Source: an uncultured Actinomycetes bacterium (GTDB lineage: Bacteria > Chloroflexota > Dormibacteria > CF-121). From it: a stretch of DNA of 41,724 nucleotides. Below the pieces are notes generated by a model, which did no database searches, was not told where the DNA came from, and worked only from the letters and a program-made list of their open reading frames with translations. Both the position numbers and the translations under genes were made by a program. The stretch is taken from contig CAZRMD010000005.1 in NCBI GenBank assembly GCA_964601135.1, positions 1-41,724 of the forward strand. The letters run 5' to 3'. Positions 41,664 to 41,724 of the stretch are shown one piece after another (the first letter of the stretch is position 1; the number at the start of each line of letters is the position of its first letter).

Positions 41664-41724
41664 CTTACAGGCAAGAAGGTGCAGGACATCTTCGATACCG
41701 TGGGGATCACCGTCAACCGAAACT
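41664..41724 (+). pseudogene. glyA: Fragment resembling an internal part of serine hydroxymethyltransferase (glyA)
   Basis: This frame reads LTGKKVQDIFDTVGITVNRN. It matches the conserved SHMT segment LTGK-x7-D-x-VGITVNKN as I recall it from bacterial GlyA sequences. The frame is closed upstream by a TGA near 41622 and differs from the frame of the preceding ORF. Confidence 0.45.

Noticed and set aside
1-41724. CRISPR arrays, rRNA genes, IS elements or transposases
   Set aside because: Reading both strands, I saw no regularly spaced direct repeats, rRNA-like segments, terminal inverted repeats or DDE/serine/tyrosine recombinase-like ORFs.

Overview
This is a gene-dense, visibly GC-rich bacterial contig; third codon positions are almost all G or C. 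Its envelope genes look monoderm-like: an LCP ligase, many lipoprotein signal peptides, and no secretin or other outer-membrane genes. An F420/LLM oxidoreductase is also present, so Actinomycetota, Chloroflexota or a related soil lineage is plausible, but taxonomy cannot be fixed from sequence alone.

Most of the window is housekeeping or ordinary accessory metabolism:
- pxpBC and an S58 aminopeptidase
- a GT-C-like membrane protein and a secreted S8 subtilase
- a NitT/TauT-type ABC importer translationally coupled to an agmatinase-family ureohydrolase
- a PRC-barrel/BON protein, OsmC and an AcpA-type phosphoesterase
- an LCP plus beta-propeller pair, hisC and a CDF transporter
- the folB-folD-folC cluster
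- a GH36 glycosidase, dtd, a PadR/DUF1700 pair, CapA and a GT4 glycosyltransferase

The stand-out feature is a ten-gene plus-strand operon at 23170-32860, directly downstream of an XRE regulator and tRNA-Lys(CUU).
- It has the actinobacterial-type Tad pilus core in canonical order: TadZ-like, TadA/CpaF, TadB, TadC, a 50-aa Flp-like pilin missing from the ORF track, TadE-like and TadG-like.
- These are followed by a secreted PKD-like protein and CpaB/RcpC.
- The core is bracketed by the two signature parts of Gram-positive conjugative type IV secretion systems. A PrgI/VirB3-like membrane domain is fused to the N-terminus of the TadZ-like ATPase. A 740-aa VirB4/PrgJ/TrsE-like ATPase is the last gene.
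- No relaxase, coupling protein, VirB6/VirB8-like protein, cell-wall hydrolase, integrase or prepilin peptidase is visible.

I interpret this as a candidate hybrid of a type IV filament (Tad) and a VirB4 module. It does not fit the described system classes that I know.

Other notable points:
- A second, canonical Flp pilin gene (58 aa, GTG start) lies orphaned at 17627-17803.
- The last ~60 nt of the window encode a serine hydroxymethyltransferase fragment out of frame with the preceding ORF, probably a contig-end chimera or a gene remnant.
- The many long antisense ORFs in the track are high-GC artefacts.
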